A DNA stretch of 64,000 nucleotides, from assembly GCA_963735285.1 (NCBI GenBank), contig CAVTKN010000013.1:5758-69757 (forward strand), written 5' to 3'. Made by a program: the position numbers and the translations under genes. Shown piece after piece: positions 1-10,048 of the stretch (its first letter is position 1; the number at the start of each line of letters is the position of its first letter). The notes under the pieces were generated by a model, which did no database searches, was not told the DNA's origin, and saw only the letters and a program-made list of their open reading frames with translations. The stretch comes from an uncultured Alphaproteobacteria bacterium (GTDB taxonomy: Bacteria > Pseudomonadota > Alphaproteobacteria > Rhizobiales > Xanthobacteraceae).

Positions 1-110
1 TTGTCGGCCGCTTTACCGTGAGTCGAAGAGTTCGTTTGCGCCATTGCCGTACCGGCGGCGAGCGCGCCCGCCAGGCCGATGGCAAGCATGACATATGTCT
101 TTTTCATCAT
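1..110 (-). CDS. N-terminal fragment of a secreted protein running off the left edge
   Basis: Minus-strand ATGATG at 105-110 is preceded by AAGGTG. The translation MMKKTYVMLAIGLAGALAAGTAMAQTNSS... is a typical Sec signal peptide. There is no stop in the window, so it is absent from the ORF track. Confidence 0.45.
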   Translation of the reverse strand, partial: MMKKTYVMLAIGLAGALAAGTAMAQTNSSTHGKAAD

Positions 111-413
111 TGCACCTTGTACCCTGAGTTCCATTGACTGGTCGCCCCGCGACGCGAGACTTCAGCAAGAGAACGACAGGTGGCGCATATTTGTTCCTAT
201 TGCGGCGGGTAAAACACATCGCCGCCGGACCATGGCCTCCAGCGCGCGCGGCCGTCGCCTTCGAGCGCAACGAGGCGCGCCGTGCACGAGGCTTCCGTTC
301 CGCCGGCCCGAGCAGCGATTTGCTGAGGTTGAGCATTGTTTGCCCTGAACTATGATCTTGCGTGCGCTGAAAAATCAGCGCAATTTTTTCGCCGGCAATG
401 TGGGGAGAGCACC

Positions 414-779
414 ATGACGGCGTTCAACATCGTGCGTTTCAAGGTCCAGCCTGGGCAGCAGGACCATTTCATCGAAGCCCACCGCAAGGCGCGGCCGAAT
501 TTCAAGGGCTTTCGCGGCGGCGTGCTGGTTAGGACCGGCGAGCAGACCTTCTGCATCATCGGCGAATGGGCGAGCCACAAAAAGATGGCCGAGGCTCGGC
601 CGCAGATGATCGGCCTGCTCGACACGTTTCGCGCCCGCCTTGAAGATCTCGGCAACGGGCTCGGCGTCACCGACCCGGTGTCCGGCGAGGTGGTGCTCAA
701 GCTGGCGGCAACGAAGCCGGCGAAGAAGAAAAAGAACGGGACGAAAAAGAAAAGCGCGAAACGGAAGAAGCGGCAGTAG
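414..779 (+). CDS. ABM (antibiotic-biosynthesis-monooxygenase-like, dimeric alpha-beta barrel) domain protein with Lys-rich C-terminal tail
   Basis: ORF 336-779. The internal ATG at 414 follows GGGGAGAG. MTAFNIVRFKVQPGQQDHFIEAHRK...FCIIGEWAS fits the ABM fold signature. The tail is KPAKKKKNGTKKKSAKRKKRQ. Confidence 0.55.
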   Translation: MTAFNIVRFKVQPGQQDHFIEAHRKARPNFKGFRGGVLVRTGEQTFCIIGEWASHKKMAEARPQMIGLLDTFRARLEDLGNGLGVTDPVSGEVVLKLAATKPAKKKKNGTKKKSAKRKKRQ

Positions 780-1184
780 CGCGCGATCAGCGCGTCATGA
801 AATAGACGACGGCAAAGAGCACGATCACCGCGATGCGTACTGAAGATCAGCACATAGCGCACATTGTGGCCGGTGACGGCCGCACGCGCCTCGGTGCTGC
901 TTTCAACGACACGATTGTTTTCAACGCCTGGCATCCGTCATCCTCCGCCGGCGGCACAGCGCCGCCACGCAATGACAACGCAATCCCGCGCAAGGCTGTT
1001 CCCGCCTCTCGCTGGGGCCTGACCGCATATGCAATTTTGGAGCGTGCAGAAACACTCCCTGAGCAGCGTCACGCGTCAAGGAGTATTTTCCTATAGGAGA
1101 TTGGCACGGTGGAAAACATCAACGCGTGGATTGCCCGTGCGCAATCAAATAGCATCGGCCTAGGGACAAATCAGGGGGCAACGC

Positions 1185-1372
1185 ATGTCGAAGAATCCAA
1201 TGTTGATGCTTGTCATCTTTTCCGCGTCGCGGCCTGGCAGATCTACGACATCGCGAGCGCGACCGAGGTGCCGGGCCGCGCGGTGATGATCCTGCAATAC
1301 GTGTTGCTCGCAGGGCTCCTGCTCGGCATCGCTGGCTCGACCTATAACGCCCTGCGCGCGCGGCAGGAGTAG
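1185..1372 (+). CDS. small two-TM membrane protein, possibly frameshifted
   Basis: ATG 1185 follows CAGGGGG. MSKNPMLMLVIFSA continues sensibly in the ORF 1109-1372 frame as VAAWQIYDIASATEVPGRAVMILQYVLLAGLLLGIAGSTYNALRARQE. The 188-nt span is not a multiple of 3, implying a 1-nt deletion near 1221-1232. Weak call. Confidence 0.3.
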
Positions 1373-1410
1373 TTCCGGTTTCCGTCACAAGCGCAAAGAT
1401 AACGCTGGAA

Positions 1411-1617
1411 CTAGTCGCTCACCGCTTCGTCGTCAGGTTTGGCGCCGAGCCGATCGGCAGTCGTGCCGGCCTTGATCAGCTTGCGCTGACGGGCGACGGC
1501 GAGCTGTTCCCAGGTCGCGGCCATCTGTTCCAGCTGCTGGCGATGGGTCGGCGGCGCCGTGCGCGCCATTTCCCGGCATTCGGCGGCGTGCTCACGATAC
1601 TCACTCAATTTTCTCAC
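1411..1617 (-). CDS. small conserved hypothetical helical protein
   Basis: GTG at 1617 is preceded by GGAAGGGG. The last 68 codons of ORF 1411-1917 (VRKLSEYREHAAECREMARTAPPTHRQQLEQMAATWEQLAVARQRKL...) look protein-like. The upstream part of that ORF is Arg/Gly-rich shadow sequence. Confidence 0.4.
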   Translation of the reverse strand: MRKLSEYREHAAECREMARTAPPTHRQQLEQMAATWEQLAVARQRKLIKAGTTADRLGAKPDDEAVSD

Positions 1618-1706
1618 GGAATACCCCTTCCCCGCCAACCCCACATATAATGTCGGGCCAGGCCCGTTCCGTTCCCGGCGGGCGCCAAAATCAGGATCAA
1701 TCGGGG

Positions 1707-1865
1707 TCAGCGCGGCGCGTCGGAATGGCAGGTTCCGGGGCCCTGGTCGTTCCATAGCCAGCCGCATTTGGTGCAGCCGCCAAGGCTCGCGGCCAGCAGA
1801 GCAAGGCCAAGCAGCGCGGCCAATCTGGCCGCCGCAAGCCGGGTCACGGTTTGTCGAGTCGCCAT
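1707..1865 (-). CDS. 52-aa putative lipoprotein
   Basis: Own translation: MATRQTVTRLAAARLAALLGLALLAASLGGCTKCGWLWNDQGPGTCHSDAPR. It has a signal peptide with lipobox L-G-G-C and a Cys-rich mature part. It falls below the 60-aa ORF-track cutoff. Confidence 0.45.
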   Translation of the reverse strand: MATRQTVTRLAAARLAALLGLALLAASLGGCTKCGWLWNDQGPGTCHSDAPR

Positions 1866-2254
1866 GTGACAAGCTTAGCCGATTGCGCCGCGTCCGGCGA
1901 GCGCCGGCGCGTCCCAAAAAAGCTGCCGGAGCCAGCGCGACTCATCCGCCCGATGAGCACCCGATCGAAGGACGGCCGCGTGATTGTCGTTTTGGGCGCG
2001 TTCGCCTCCGTTTCGCGCCGTCGTATTTTGACGCTTACGTCCAAGCGCGTGTCGCTTACGTCCGCGATTGTGGGTCTGCTCTCATGTAAACGAATGTCTA
2101 CCGGCCTTTTTTTCATCAACCAAAGCCCTATATGAACGTCCGACCATGAATGCCAACCTTGTGGTGCAATCCGGCCTCACGCGACGTCACGTTTTAAGTA
2201 ACGTCGGTCTTCGCCGTTCCGTTTGCGCTTCAAGCCGAACCGAAAGACACACCG

Positions 2255-3160
2255 ATGTCCATCCGCCCCGTCAAACGCATCGTGCAATCGCAGCCGACCA
2301 TCGAAGGCGCCGGCGTCAAGCTGCGCCGCGCCTTCGGCTTCGGCGAAACCGCCGAGACCGATCCGTTTCTGCTGCTCGATGATTTCCGCAACGACCGCCC
2401 GGCCGACTATCTTGCCGGCTTTCCGTGGCATCCGCACCGCGGCATCGAGACCATCACATATGTTCTCAATGGCACCGTCGAACACGGCGACAGCCTCGGC
2501 AACCGCGGCACGCTTGGCTCCGGCGACGTGCAATGGATGACCGCGGGCCGCGGCATCATGCACCAGGAAATGCCGCAAGGTGATGCGCAAGGCCGCATGC
2601 ACGGCTTCCAGCTGTGGGCCAATCTGCCGTCGTCGCTCAAGATGACGGCGCCGCGCTACCAGGACGTCAAGGGAATTGAAATTCCGGAAGTCGTCGATGA
2701 CGACGGCACGCGCGTGCGCGTCGTGTGCGGCGAGTTCTGGGGCAAGAAGGGACCGATCGATGGCGTCGCCGCCGATCCGCGCTATCTCGACGTGTTCGTG
2801 CCGGCCGGCAAACGCAAGACGCTCAAGGTCGAGGTGGAGCGTCACGCATTCGCTTATGTGTTCGAAGGCGACGGCAAGTTTGCGTCGTCCTCGAAGCCGT
2901 TTGGCGTGCTGACCGAGAAGCAGGTCGGCGGTGAGGAAATTCTATTTCGCGAACCGGTCGGCGATCGCTCGCTGGTGGTGTTCGATGCAGGCGATGAGAT
3001 CACCGTGCAGGCGGGCGAGCACGGCATCCGCTTCCTGCTGGTCTCCGGCAAGCCGATCCAGGAGCCGGTCGCGTGGTACGGGCCTATCGTGATGAACACG
3101 CAGGCCGAGCTGCAGCAGGCCGTCTCCGAACTGCGCAACGGCACTTTCATCAAGAAATAA
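2255..3160 (+). CDS. pirin family protein (quercetin 2,3-dioxygenase-like bicupin)
   Basis: 301-aa ORF with the pirin N-terminal signature ...FPWHPHRGIETITYVLNGTVEHGDSLGNRG...MHQEMP and typical length. Confidence 0.9.
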   Translation: MSIRPVKRIVQSQPTIEGAGVKLRRAFGFGETAETDPFLLLDDFRNDRPADYLAGFPWHPHRGIETITYVLNGTVEHGDSLGNRGTLGSGDVQWMTAGRGIMHQEMPQGDAQGRMHGFQLWANLPSSLKMTAPRYQDVKGIEIPEVVDDDGTRVRVVCGEFWGKKGPIDGVAADPRYLDVFVPAGKRKTLKVEVERHAFAYVFEGDGKFASSSKPFGVLTEKQVGGEEILFREPVGDRSLVVFDAGDEITVQAGEHGIRFLLVSGKPIQEPVAWYGPIVMNTQAELQQAVSELRNGTFIKK

Positions 3161-3162
3161 AT

Positions 3163-3194
3163 GAGCGGGCGGCCCTGTGCGGCCGCTCGTTTTG
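3163..3194 (+). terminator. putative rho-independent terminator after the pirin gene
   Basis: GC-rich imperfect hairpin GAGCGGGCGGCC-CTGT-GCGGCCGCTC followed by TTTT, directly after the stop codon. Confidence 0.45.
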
Positions 3195-3326
3195 AGTGCC
3201 TGCATTGTGGGCTTCCGCCCGCAGCGGCTGTGGTGCTAGCGTTTGGTCTCCGGGAATATGTGCACCTGCCATCCGCTCCTCCACACCAAGAAGGGAGCGC
3301 GGACCGGCCGAACGGGAGGCTCAACG

Positions 3327-4571
3327 ATGACAGTGTCGAAGACCGTGACCCCGCTGCTGCTTCTGCTCGGGGCAACCATTGCGATGCCGGCGCAGGCCGA
3401 GGAGCTCCGCCTCGGTTTCATTGCGCCGATGACCGGCCTTTTCGCGCAGGTCGGCAAGGACATGAACGACGGTTTCCAGCTTTATCTCGACGAGCACGGC
3501 AATAAGCTCGGCGGCATGGACGTAAAGTTCATCCTCGAGGACGACCAGGCCAAGCCCGACCTTGGCGTCACGAAAGCCAAGAAGCTTATTCTTCAGGACA
3601 AAGTGAACATGTTCATCGGCGGCGTGCTGGCCTCGACCGGCTACGCGCTCGCGCCGGTGAGCACCGCCGAAAAAACCATCTACATCCCGTCTATCCCGGC
3701 CTCCGACGATCTCACGCAGCGCGAGGCGGCCAAATATCCGTACCTGATCCGCACCGGCTGGTCGTCTTCGCAGCCGCACCACGCGCTCGGCGCCTGGGCC
3801 TGCGAGCAGGGCTACAAGAAAATCGTCACGGTCGGTGCCGACTATGCGTTCGGATACGAGTCGGTCGGCGGCTTCCAGAAAGCCTTCGAGGATTGCGGCG
3901 GCAAGGTCGTCCAGAAAATCTGGCCGCCGCTCGGCAACAAGGATTTCGGACCCTACATCCCGACCATCAAGGCGGATGCCGACGCCATCTTCTCGCTGAT
4001 GGTGGGGCCGATGGCGGCGCAATTCCCCAAGCAGCTGCGCGCGGCCGGCTACAAGAAACCGATCCTCGGCGGGGGCACCAGCTATGACGAGTTCGCTTTG
4101 CCCTTCATGGGCGACGAGGTCGTCGGCGACGTCTCCTCGCTGCAATACAGCGCCGCGCTCAAGACGCCGAAAAACGAAGCCTTCGTGAAGGCCTACCGCG
4201 CCAAATACGGCAAGGTGCCGTCCTACTTCTCGGAGAGCAACTACACCACCGCGCAATTCATCGACGAAGCCATCAAGAAAGCCGGCGGCAAATGGCCGGG
4301 CACCGACGAGTTCATCAAAATCATGTCGGGCATCAAGGTCGATGCGGTGCGCGGCCCGGTGAGCCTCGACGACATGCGCAACCCGGTGCAGAACATCTAC
4401 ATCAAGAAGGTCGAAAAGATTCAGCTGTTCGGCTACGACAAGCCGGAATTGTGGAACACGGTGATCAAGACTTATCCGAACGTCAGCCAGTTCTGGACCT
4501 ACGGAAAAGAGAAATTCCTGGCGCAGCCGGTCTACAGCCGCGAATTCCCGCCCTGCAAATTCTGCGAATAG
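3327..4571 (+). CDS. ABC transporter periplasmic substrate-binding protein, LivK/branched-chain amino acid type
   Basis: ORF 3243-4571. ATG 3327 gives the signal peptide MTVSKTVTPLLLLLGATIAMPAQA. LRLGFIAPMTG...GADYAFGYESVGGFQKAFEDCGGKVV is typical of the Leu/Ile/Val-binding family. Confidence 0.85.
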   Translation: MTVSKTVTPLLLLLGATIAMPAQAEELRLGFIAPMTGLFAQVGKDMNDGFQLYLDEHGNKLGGMDVKFILEDDQAKPDLGVTKAKKLILQDKVNMFIGGVLASTGYALAPVSTAEKTIYIPSIPASDDLTQREAAKYPYLIRTGWSSSQPHHALGAWACEQGYKKIVTVGADYAFGYESVGGFQKAFEDCGGKVVQKIWPPLGNKDFGPYIPTIKADADAIFSLMVGPMAAQFPKQLRAAGYKKPILGGGTSYDEFALPFMGDEVVGDVSSLQYSAALKTPKNEAFVKAYRAKYGKVPSYFSESNYTTAQFIDEAIKKAGGKWPGTDEFIKIMSGIKVDAVRGPVSLDDMRNPVQNIYIKKVEKIQLFGYDKPELWNTVIKTYPNVSQFWTYGKEKFLAQPVYSREFPPCKFCE

Positions 4572-4599
4572 CGGCGCGGCATTCAAACGACAAAAGCGA

Positions 4600-4627
4600 A
4601 ACCCCGGCCGCAAGGCCGGGGTTTTTC
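4600..4627 (+). terminator. rho-independent terminator
   Basis: AAACCCCGGCC-GCAA-GGCCGGGGTTTTT hairpin plus T-run about 30 nt after the stop. Confidence 0.75.
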
Positions 4628-4755
4628 GTTGGGCAGGTGTGGGCCGGTTTGCCGCACCGTCACGCGCAGCTTTCGCGAGTATCGTCCCTGGTGCTAGCCT
4701 TTGCTGCCGCACCAAGGCCTCAAAAAAAGCCGCAGCGGCCACTCGGGAGGGAGCA

Positions 4756-6013
4756 ATGAACAAGCTGTCGCGAATTCTTACGCTCGGCCTTGCCGCCGCG
4801 CTTTGCGCTTCGGCGCATCGCTGCCGGCGCGCAGGCGCAAGAACTCAAAATCGGTTTCTTGGCGCCGCGCACGGGTATCATCACCCAGCTCGGCACCGAC
4901 ATGGTCAACGGCTTCCAGATGTACCTGGACGAACATGATGGCAAACTTGGCGGCGCCAAAGTCAACTTCATCGTCGAGGACGACAAGGGCACTGTCGATG
5001 GCGATGTGTCCATGGCCAAGAAGCTCATCCTGAACGACAAAGTGGACATGATCGTCGGGGCGGTGCTTGGCACGGCGGCCTACGCATTGGCGCCGGTTTC
5101 GAACCAGGAAAAGACGCTCTTCATCGGCACCATCACCACGGCGGACGACATTGCCCAGCGCCAATCCGACAAATTTCCCTTTACCGTCTTCTCCACCTGG
5201 GTCTCGTCGCAGCCGACCCATGCGCTCGGGCAATGGGCTTGCGAGCAAGGCTACAAGCGCGTCTCCGCGATCGGCACCGATTACGCCTTCGGCTACGAAC
5301 AGGTTGGCGGCTTCCAGAAGGCCTTCGAGGATTGCGGCGGCAAGGTCGTGCAGAGAATCTGGGTGCCGTTCGGCACCAAGGACTTCGGGCCTTATATTCC
5401 GGGCATCAAATCCGACATCGACGCCATCTTCTCGTTGATGGTCGGACCGATGGCGCTGCAATTTCCCAAGCAGCTGCGCGCATCCGGCAACAAGACGATC
5501 ATTCTGGGCGGCAGCACCAACTATGACGAGTTCGCTTTGCCCTTCATGAGCGACGAGGTGATCGGCGACGTCTCGGCGCACGTCTACAGCGCGGCCTTGC
5601 AGACGCCGGCAAACGAAGCCTTCGTCAAGAAATACCGCGCCAAATACGGCAAGGTGCCGTCGTATTATTCGGAAGCCAATTACGCCACCGCCATGTGGAT
5701 CGACCAGACGCTGGCGAAGTTTAATGGCAAGTATCCCGGGCCGGCCCAGTTCATCAAGGCGATGGCAAACATCGAGATCAACCCGCCGCGCGGTCCGGTG
5801 CGGCTCGACCTCGCGACCAAGAGCCCGATCCAGAACATCTACATCAAGAAAGTCGAGAAAAAGAAGATGTTCGACTACGACAAGGATGAGCTCTGGAACA
5901 ACGTGCTCAAGACCTACACCAACGTCAGCACATATTGGAAATACGACCCGGCGCAGTTCAAGGCACAGCCGGTCTACAGCCGCGATTTCCCGCCCTGCAA
6001 ATTCTGCGATTAG
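4756..6013 (+). pseudogene. paralogous LivK-type substrate-binding protein; the signal peptide lies in a different frame from the mature domain
   Basis: ATG 4756 follows GGGAGGGA and encodes MNKLSRILTLGLAAALCASA in the frame of ORF 4639-4938. The mature protein (IAAGAQAQELKIGFLAPRTG..., ORF 4790-6013) is in the next frame. The junction is about 4811-4822. The protein closely parallels the upstream paralog. Confidence 0.7.
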
Positions 6014-6054
6014 CAGCGGGATAGATAAACGCGGCGGCAAAAACGGAGATCGGA

Positions 6055-6082
6055 AAACCCCGGCCACGCGCCGGGGTTTTTG
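6055..6082. terminator. rho-independent terminator, potentially bidirectional between convergent genes
   Basis: AAAACCCCGGCC-ACGC-GCCGGGGTTTTTG hairpin between the stop at 6013 (+) and the stop at 6093 (-). Confidence 0.7.
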
Positions 6083-6092
6083 TTTCAGATCG

Positions 6093-8079
6093 CTAGTGCG
6101 CGTTTTGAATAAAGCCGCTCAAAGCATCGCGGATGCGCGCCACCACGCCGTCCCACGCGCGCCCCTCGTCCTGCCGGAACAAACGCGCGGTCGGATACCA
6201 GGGACTGTCCTCGCGCGTGAGCAGCCAGCGCCACTCCGGCACATAGGTCAGCGTCACCCATATCGGCTTGCCCAGCGCGCCGGCGAGATGCGCGACGCTG
6301 GTGTCAACCGAGATGACCAGATCGAGTTCGCCAATCAGCGCCGCGGTATCCGTAAAATCCTTCAACGCGTCGCCGAAATGCAGAATGTCGGGACGCGCCT
6401 GCCAGCACGGGCGCATCGTCCGGGCGCACTTCCTGGTGCAGGCTGACGAAGGTCGCGTCGAGCGCGAGCAGCGGCAGGAAATCCGCAACCCGCATCGAGC
6501 GGTCACGGTCGCGTTCATGCGTTGCATTGCCCGACCAGCAGAGCCCGATGCGCAGCCGCGTTCTCGCGCCCAACCGTGCGCCCCACTCCGCCGCCAGCTC
6601 CGGGCGCACGCCGAGATACGGCACCTGCGCCGGAACGGTCTCGAGCCGCGTGCCCATGGCCAGCGGCAGACTGAGCAAGGGGCAATGCAGGTCGAAGTCC
6701 GGCAGCGGATCGCCCTTCGCAATGACAGCCGACGGCCCGGCCAAACTTCCCATCAGCGCCACCAGCGGCGGCCGCACTTCCAGAATCACGCGCGCCCCGC
6801 GCGCGGCGATGAGCGTGGCGTAACGGCAGAACTGGATGGCGTCGCCGAAGCCTTGCTCGCCGTGCAGAAAAATCGTCTTGCCCGCGATATCCTCGACACC
6901 GAGCCACAGCGGCTGCGGAAACTCGCGCTTGGCCGGCGCCATGTCGGCCTTCTTCCAGCGCCACTCATATTCGGCAAAGCCGCGCGGTAGGTCGCCGATC
7001 AAGAGCCGCATCGAGGCTTCGTTGCAATGCGCGACGATATTGTCCGGCAGTGCGGCCAGCGCCCGCGCCGAGCACGCCATTGCCTCGTCATAGCGGTTGA
7101 GTTCTTTCAGAACCTTGCCGCGGTTGTTGAAGCTGTTGCCGTCGTTCGGCCGCGCCAGCAGCACGCGGTCGTAGCAGGCGAGCGCCTCGTCATAGCGCCC
7201 CAGCTCGTGCAAGGCATTGCCGCGGTTATAGATCGCGTCGGTGTAGTCCGGCACTAACGACAAGGCACGATCGTAATTCGCCACCGCCTCGGCGTACCGC
7301 TTCATCTCGCCGAGCACGACGCCCCGGTTATGGTAACCTTCGGCATTGTTCGGCACCAGCGTGAGGAGACGCTCGAACGCCGCCAGCGCCTCGTCGAAGC
7401 GCTTGAGCTGCGCGAGCAGGATGGCGCGATTGGCATAAGCCTCGGCGAAGTTCGGCAGCAGCGCGATTGCCCGGTCGTAGCACGCCAGCGCTTCATCAAA
7501 GCGTCGCAACGTGCGCAACGTATTGCCGCGATTGCAGAGCGCGGGGAGCGAACCGGGTTGCAGCGCGAGCGCACGGTCGTAGCCTGCCAGCGCCTCGTCG
7601 AAGCGCCCGAGCGCGTTCAGCGTAATCCCGCGATTGGTGAGCGCGTCGACATAATTCGGCTGGTGCGCCAGCGCGCGCTCGAAGCTCGCCAGCGCTTCCT
7701 CATGCCGCTGCAGGATTTGCAGGACCACCGCGCGGTTGTTGATCGCGCCCACGTGGTCGGGCTTGAGCGCGAGCGCGCGGTCATAGCTCGCAATGGCCTC
7801 GTCGAAGCGCTGCAATTCCTTGAGCGTGTTGCCGCGGTTGCTGAGCGCGTCGGGGTGATTGGGCTGGACGGTGAGCGCGCGGTTATAGCTGGTCAGCGCC
7901 AGCTCGTGCTTGCCCTGCGAAGCGAGCACGACGCCCAGTACATATTGCGCGTCGAAAAAGTTGGATTTGGTGGCAACGATCTTCTGGCAGATCTGTTCGG
8001 CTTCGCCGAATTGCCCGGCCTTATAGGACGCAATCGCCTTGTTCAACTGCAGCGCAAGCTTCGACGGTTGGGCCGACAT
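6093..8079 (-). pseudogene. TPR-repeat protein fused to a glycosyltransferase family 9-like C-terminal domain, frameshifted
   Basis: ORF 6304-8079 holds about 10 TPR units (…YNRALTVQPNHPDALSNRGNTLKEL…) then ...LCWSGNATHERDRDRS...FVSLHQEVRPDDAPVLAG. The sense continues in ORF 6093-6722 as RPDILHFGDALKDFTDTAALIGELDLVISVDTSVAHLAGALGKPIWV... The junction is about 6394-6400. Confidence 0.75.
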
Positions 8080-8232
8080 AATATGATGTGCGCTGGCTGC
8101 TGCTTCGTCCCCGAATCCGGTGAGTCTCGGTGATTCGCCGGGCTAATGCTACGGGGGCAGGTTCCCGCGTTTTCTCGCCCGTTTCCCGGGGCTTTCCCGG
8201 CCATCGCACCGCGGCATTTCCATGCGCGCATC

Positions 8233-8324
8233 CGTCATCGCCGGGCTTGTCCCGGCGATCCCGTTCAGGCTGGCACCGCCGTGCGCACCTAAGCGGGATG
8301 GCCGGGACGCGCCCGGCCATGACA
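8233..8324. repeat. REP/MITE-like family A compound element (two inverted hairpin units)
   Basis: GTCATCGCCGGGCTTGTCCCGGCGATCC ... CTAAGCGGGATGGCCGGGACGCGCCCGGCCATGAC. Same architecture as the other family A loci listed here. Confidence 0.8.
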
Positions 8325-8505
8325 AGTTGTGGCAATGTCGTTTTAAGCAAATTGCTCTGCGCTTTAGGCCATACAGAAATTGTGGACGGCGCCCTGTTTT
8401 ACGCATGGCGCCCCTGCAAAACGGATGAATCATCCGATCGGACGATGCCACTCCGAAAATAAATCTGCCATGAGCAACGCCCCATAGTACTGGAGCGTGT
8501 GCAAG

Positions 8506-9018
8506 ATGAATGGAGTGGCGACAGTTCTACGACTGACCACAATACTCGCAGTAGCAGCTCTCACCGGCGCGAGCGGCATGGCGATCGCCCGCGACACCAC
8601 CCAAGGCCTGCGAGCTGGCCTGTCGGTCGCGATCGTTTCGAACGGCGTGGTGACCTACAAAATCCCGAACGGGCCCGGTGGCCTGGAGTTGTCATCCAAT
8701 GCTCCGGGCACGATCACCGTCACCAGCGGCTCCAATTCGGTGACGGTGCGCGGCCCTGCCCTCACGCTATCCGGCGGCGTCGTGCTGGCGCCTTTCTCGA
8801 CGCCCGGTGTGCACGTCACGTCCAATAGCGATGGCGGTTACACCGCCGAGTTGGACACGCTGCTGAGCGTCCTTCCCGACCCGGAGATGCCTGAACTCGA
8901 TAGAGGCCACAAGCAGGCTGGCGAAAGAGCTCGCCGATGCCGATTTTGGCGACCGCTATGCGACGGCAGGCCGCTGCGTTGCGCCATGCACCAGTCAGAG
9001 AATTCCGCTTCGCCCTGA
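8506..9018 (+). CDS. hypothetical secreted protein
   Basis: ORF 8497-9018. MNGVATVLRLTTILAVAALTGASGMAIA looks like a signal peptide, followed by a Gly/Ser/Thr/Val-rich region. The C-terminal ~45 codons look non-native, and another frame reads ...SIEATSRLAKELADADFGDRYATAGR, so a further frameshift is possible. Confidence 0.3.
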   Translation: MNGVATVLRLTTILAVAALTGASGMAIARDTTQGLRAGLSVAIVSNGVVTYKIPNGPGGLELSSNAPGTITVTSGSNSVTVRGPALTLSGGVVLAPFSTPGVHVTSNSDGGYTAELDTLLSVLPDPEMPELDRGHKQAGERARRCRFWRPLCDGRPLRCAMHQSENSASP

Positions 9019-9154
9019 CGTTTCGTCGTGGTCCCGCGATGGGGGTGCAGCCAAAGTGTCTCTCCAGACTTGAGGTCGCTTCCCCTGAAAGGCCGTCACC
9101 GATGTCGGGGCAAAGCCGACTTTGCGTGGCGGCCTTTCTCTTTTGCGCCTGAGT

Positions 9155-10048
9155 TTACGCCCGCGCCGTGCGGCGGAATTCGCGCGGGGACGCGCCGGTT
9201 GCCCGGCGAAACGCCGCCGAAAACGAGCTGGTTTCCGCAAAGCCCACCGCCAGCGCGACATCCGTCACCGAGCGTTCGGCCAGCAACACCTTGGCGCGCT
9301 CGATGCGGCGGCCGGTGTGATAGCGGTGCGGCGGCACGCCGAACGAGCGCTTGAAGGCGCGCGCGAAATGATAGGGGCTCAGGCCCACGAGATCCGCGAG
9401 CGCGCTCAGCGTCAGCTCCTCGGCCAGGTGCTCCTCGATGAAGCACGCCACGCGTTTTTCCTGCCAGCCGCTTAACCCGCCTTTGCCGCCAGCAGGCGCA
9501 ATTGCATCCGTGCCAATGCGGATCAGCTCGTGGCCGAGCAGCACGCTGAGCGCCTGGCCATAATGCGGCAGCCGCCCGCCATTGTTGGTTTCCTGCTTGA
9601 GCTTTTCGGTCAGCCGCCACAGCTCAGCATCGAAGAAAAACAGTCGCGGCTTGAATTCGATCTCGGAAAACCGCAGCTCCTCATCCAGCGGCAGCGCCTG
9701 CGGGTCGACATAGAAATAACTGATCCGCATGAGCACGCGCGGATCCTGCCAGCCGAAGCAGTCATGGCCGGCCGGGATGAAGGTAAGCTTTCCGCTCAAG
9801 CTGCGCAGCGTCGAGGTCGGCAGGCCCTCGACCGAGGTCTCGCCGTCGTCGCGCTCGGAATGCTCGGCGGCAATCAGCAGGTGGTATTTCGAGCGGAGGC
9901 GGTAATCGAACGGCTTGCGCTCGCGCGCTGTCACGACGTCGGCCTGCAAACCTGGCCAGTCGGCGCTGGTGCGCTCGACGAAATCGTCCGGGTCAAGCCG
10001 GACATAGTCCAGAGTGTCCACGCGCGGATTCAGCATCGGATTCAACAT
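9155..10048 (-). CDS. AraC family transcriptional regulator
   Basis: 297-aa ORF. The C-terminal dual HTH is ...LTLSALADLVGLSPYHFARAFKRSFGVPPHRYHTGRRIERAKVLLAERSVTDVALAVGFAETSSFSAAFRRATGASPREFRR. Confidence 0.85.
   Translation of the reverse strand: MLNPMLNPRVDTLDYVRLDPDDFVERTSADWPGLQADVVTARERKPFDYRLRSKYHLLIAAEHSERDDGETSVEGLPTSTLRSLSGKLTFIPAGHDCFGWQDPRVLMRISYFYVDPQALPLDEELRFSEIEFKPRLFFFDAELWRLTEKLKQETNNGGRLPHYGQALSVLLGHELIRIGTDAIAPAGGKGGLSGWQEKRVACFIEEHLAEELTLSALADLVGLSPYHFARAFKRSFGVPPHRYHTGRRIERAKVLLAERSVTDVALAVGFAETSSFSAAFRRATGASPREFRRTARA

Noticed and set aside
3321-6067. Very long antisense ORFs (3321-4763 and 4778-6067 minus). Similar ones occur at 20044-21120, 23138-24352, 24473-25612, 38438-39529, 40895-41965 and 42078-43214.
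   Set aside because: They lie exactly opposite well-supported genes and are Arg/Ala/Gly/Asp-rich with no recognisable motifs. Such shadow ORFs are expected in high-GC DNA.
8222-8428. ORF-track entries that translate the repeats (motifs MAGLVPAI, VITGLVP, HHRACPGD, SPRKRGP), for example 8222-8428, 12771-13049, 25323-25655, 32788-33039, 34374-34562 and 29307-29579.
   Set aside because: Their only conserved parts are the repeat hairpins themselves, read in either direction. They are artefacts of repeat sequence, not genes.
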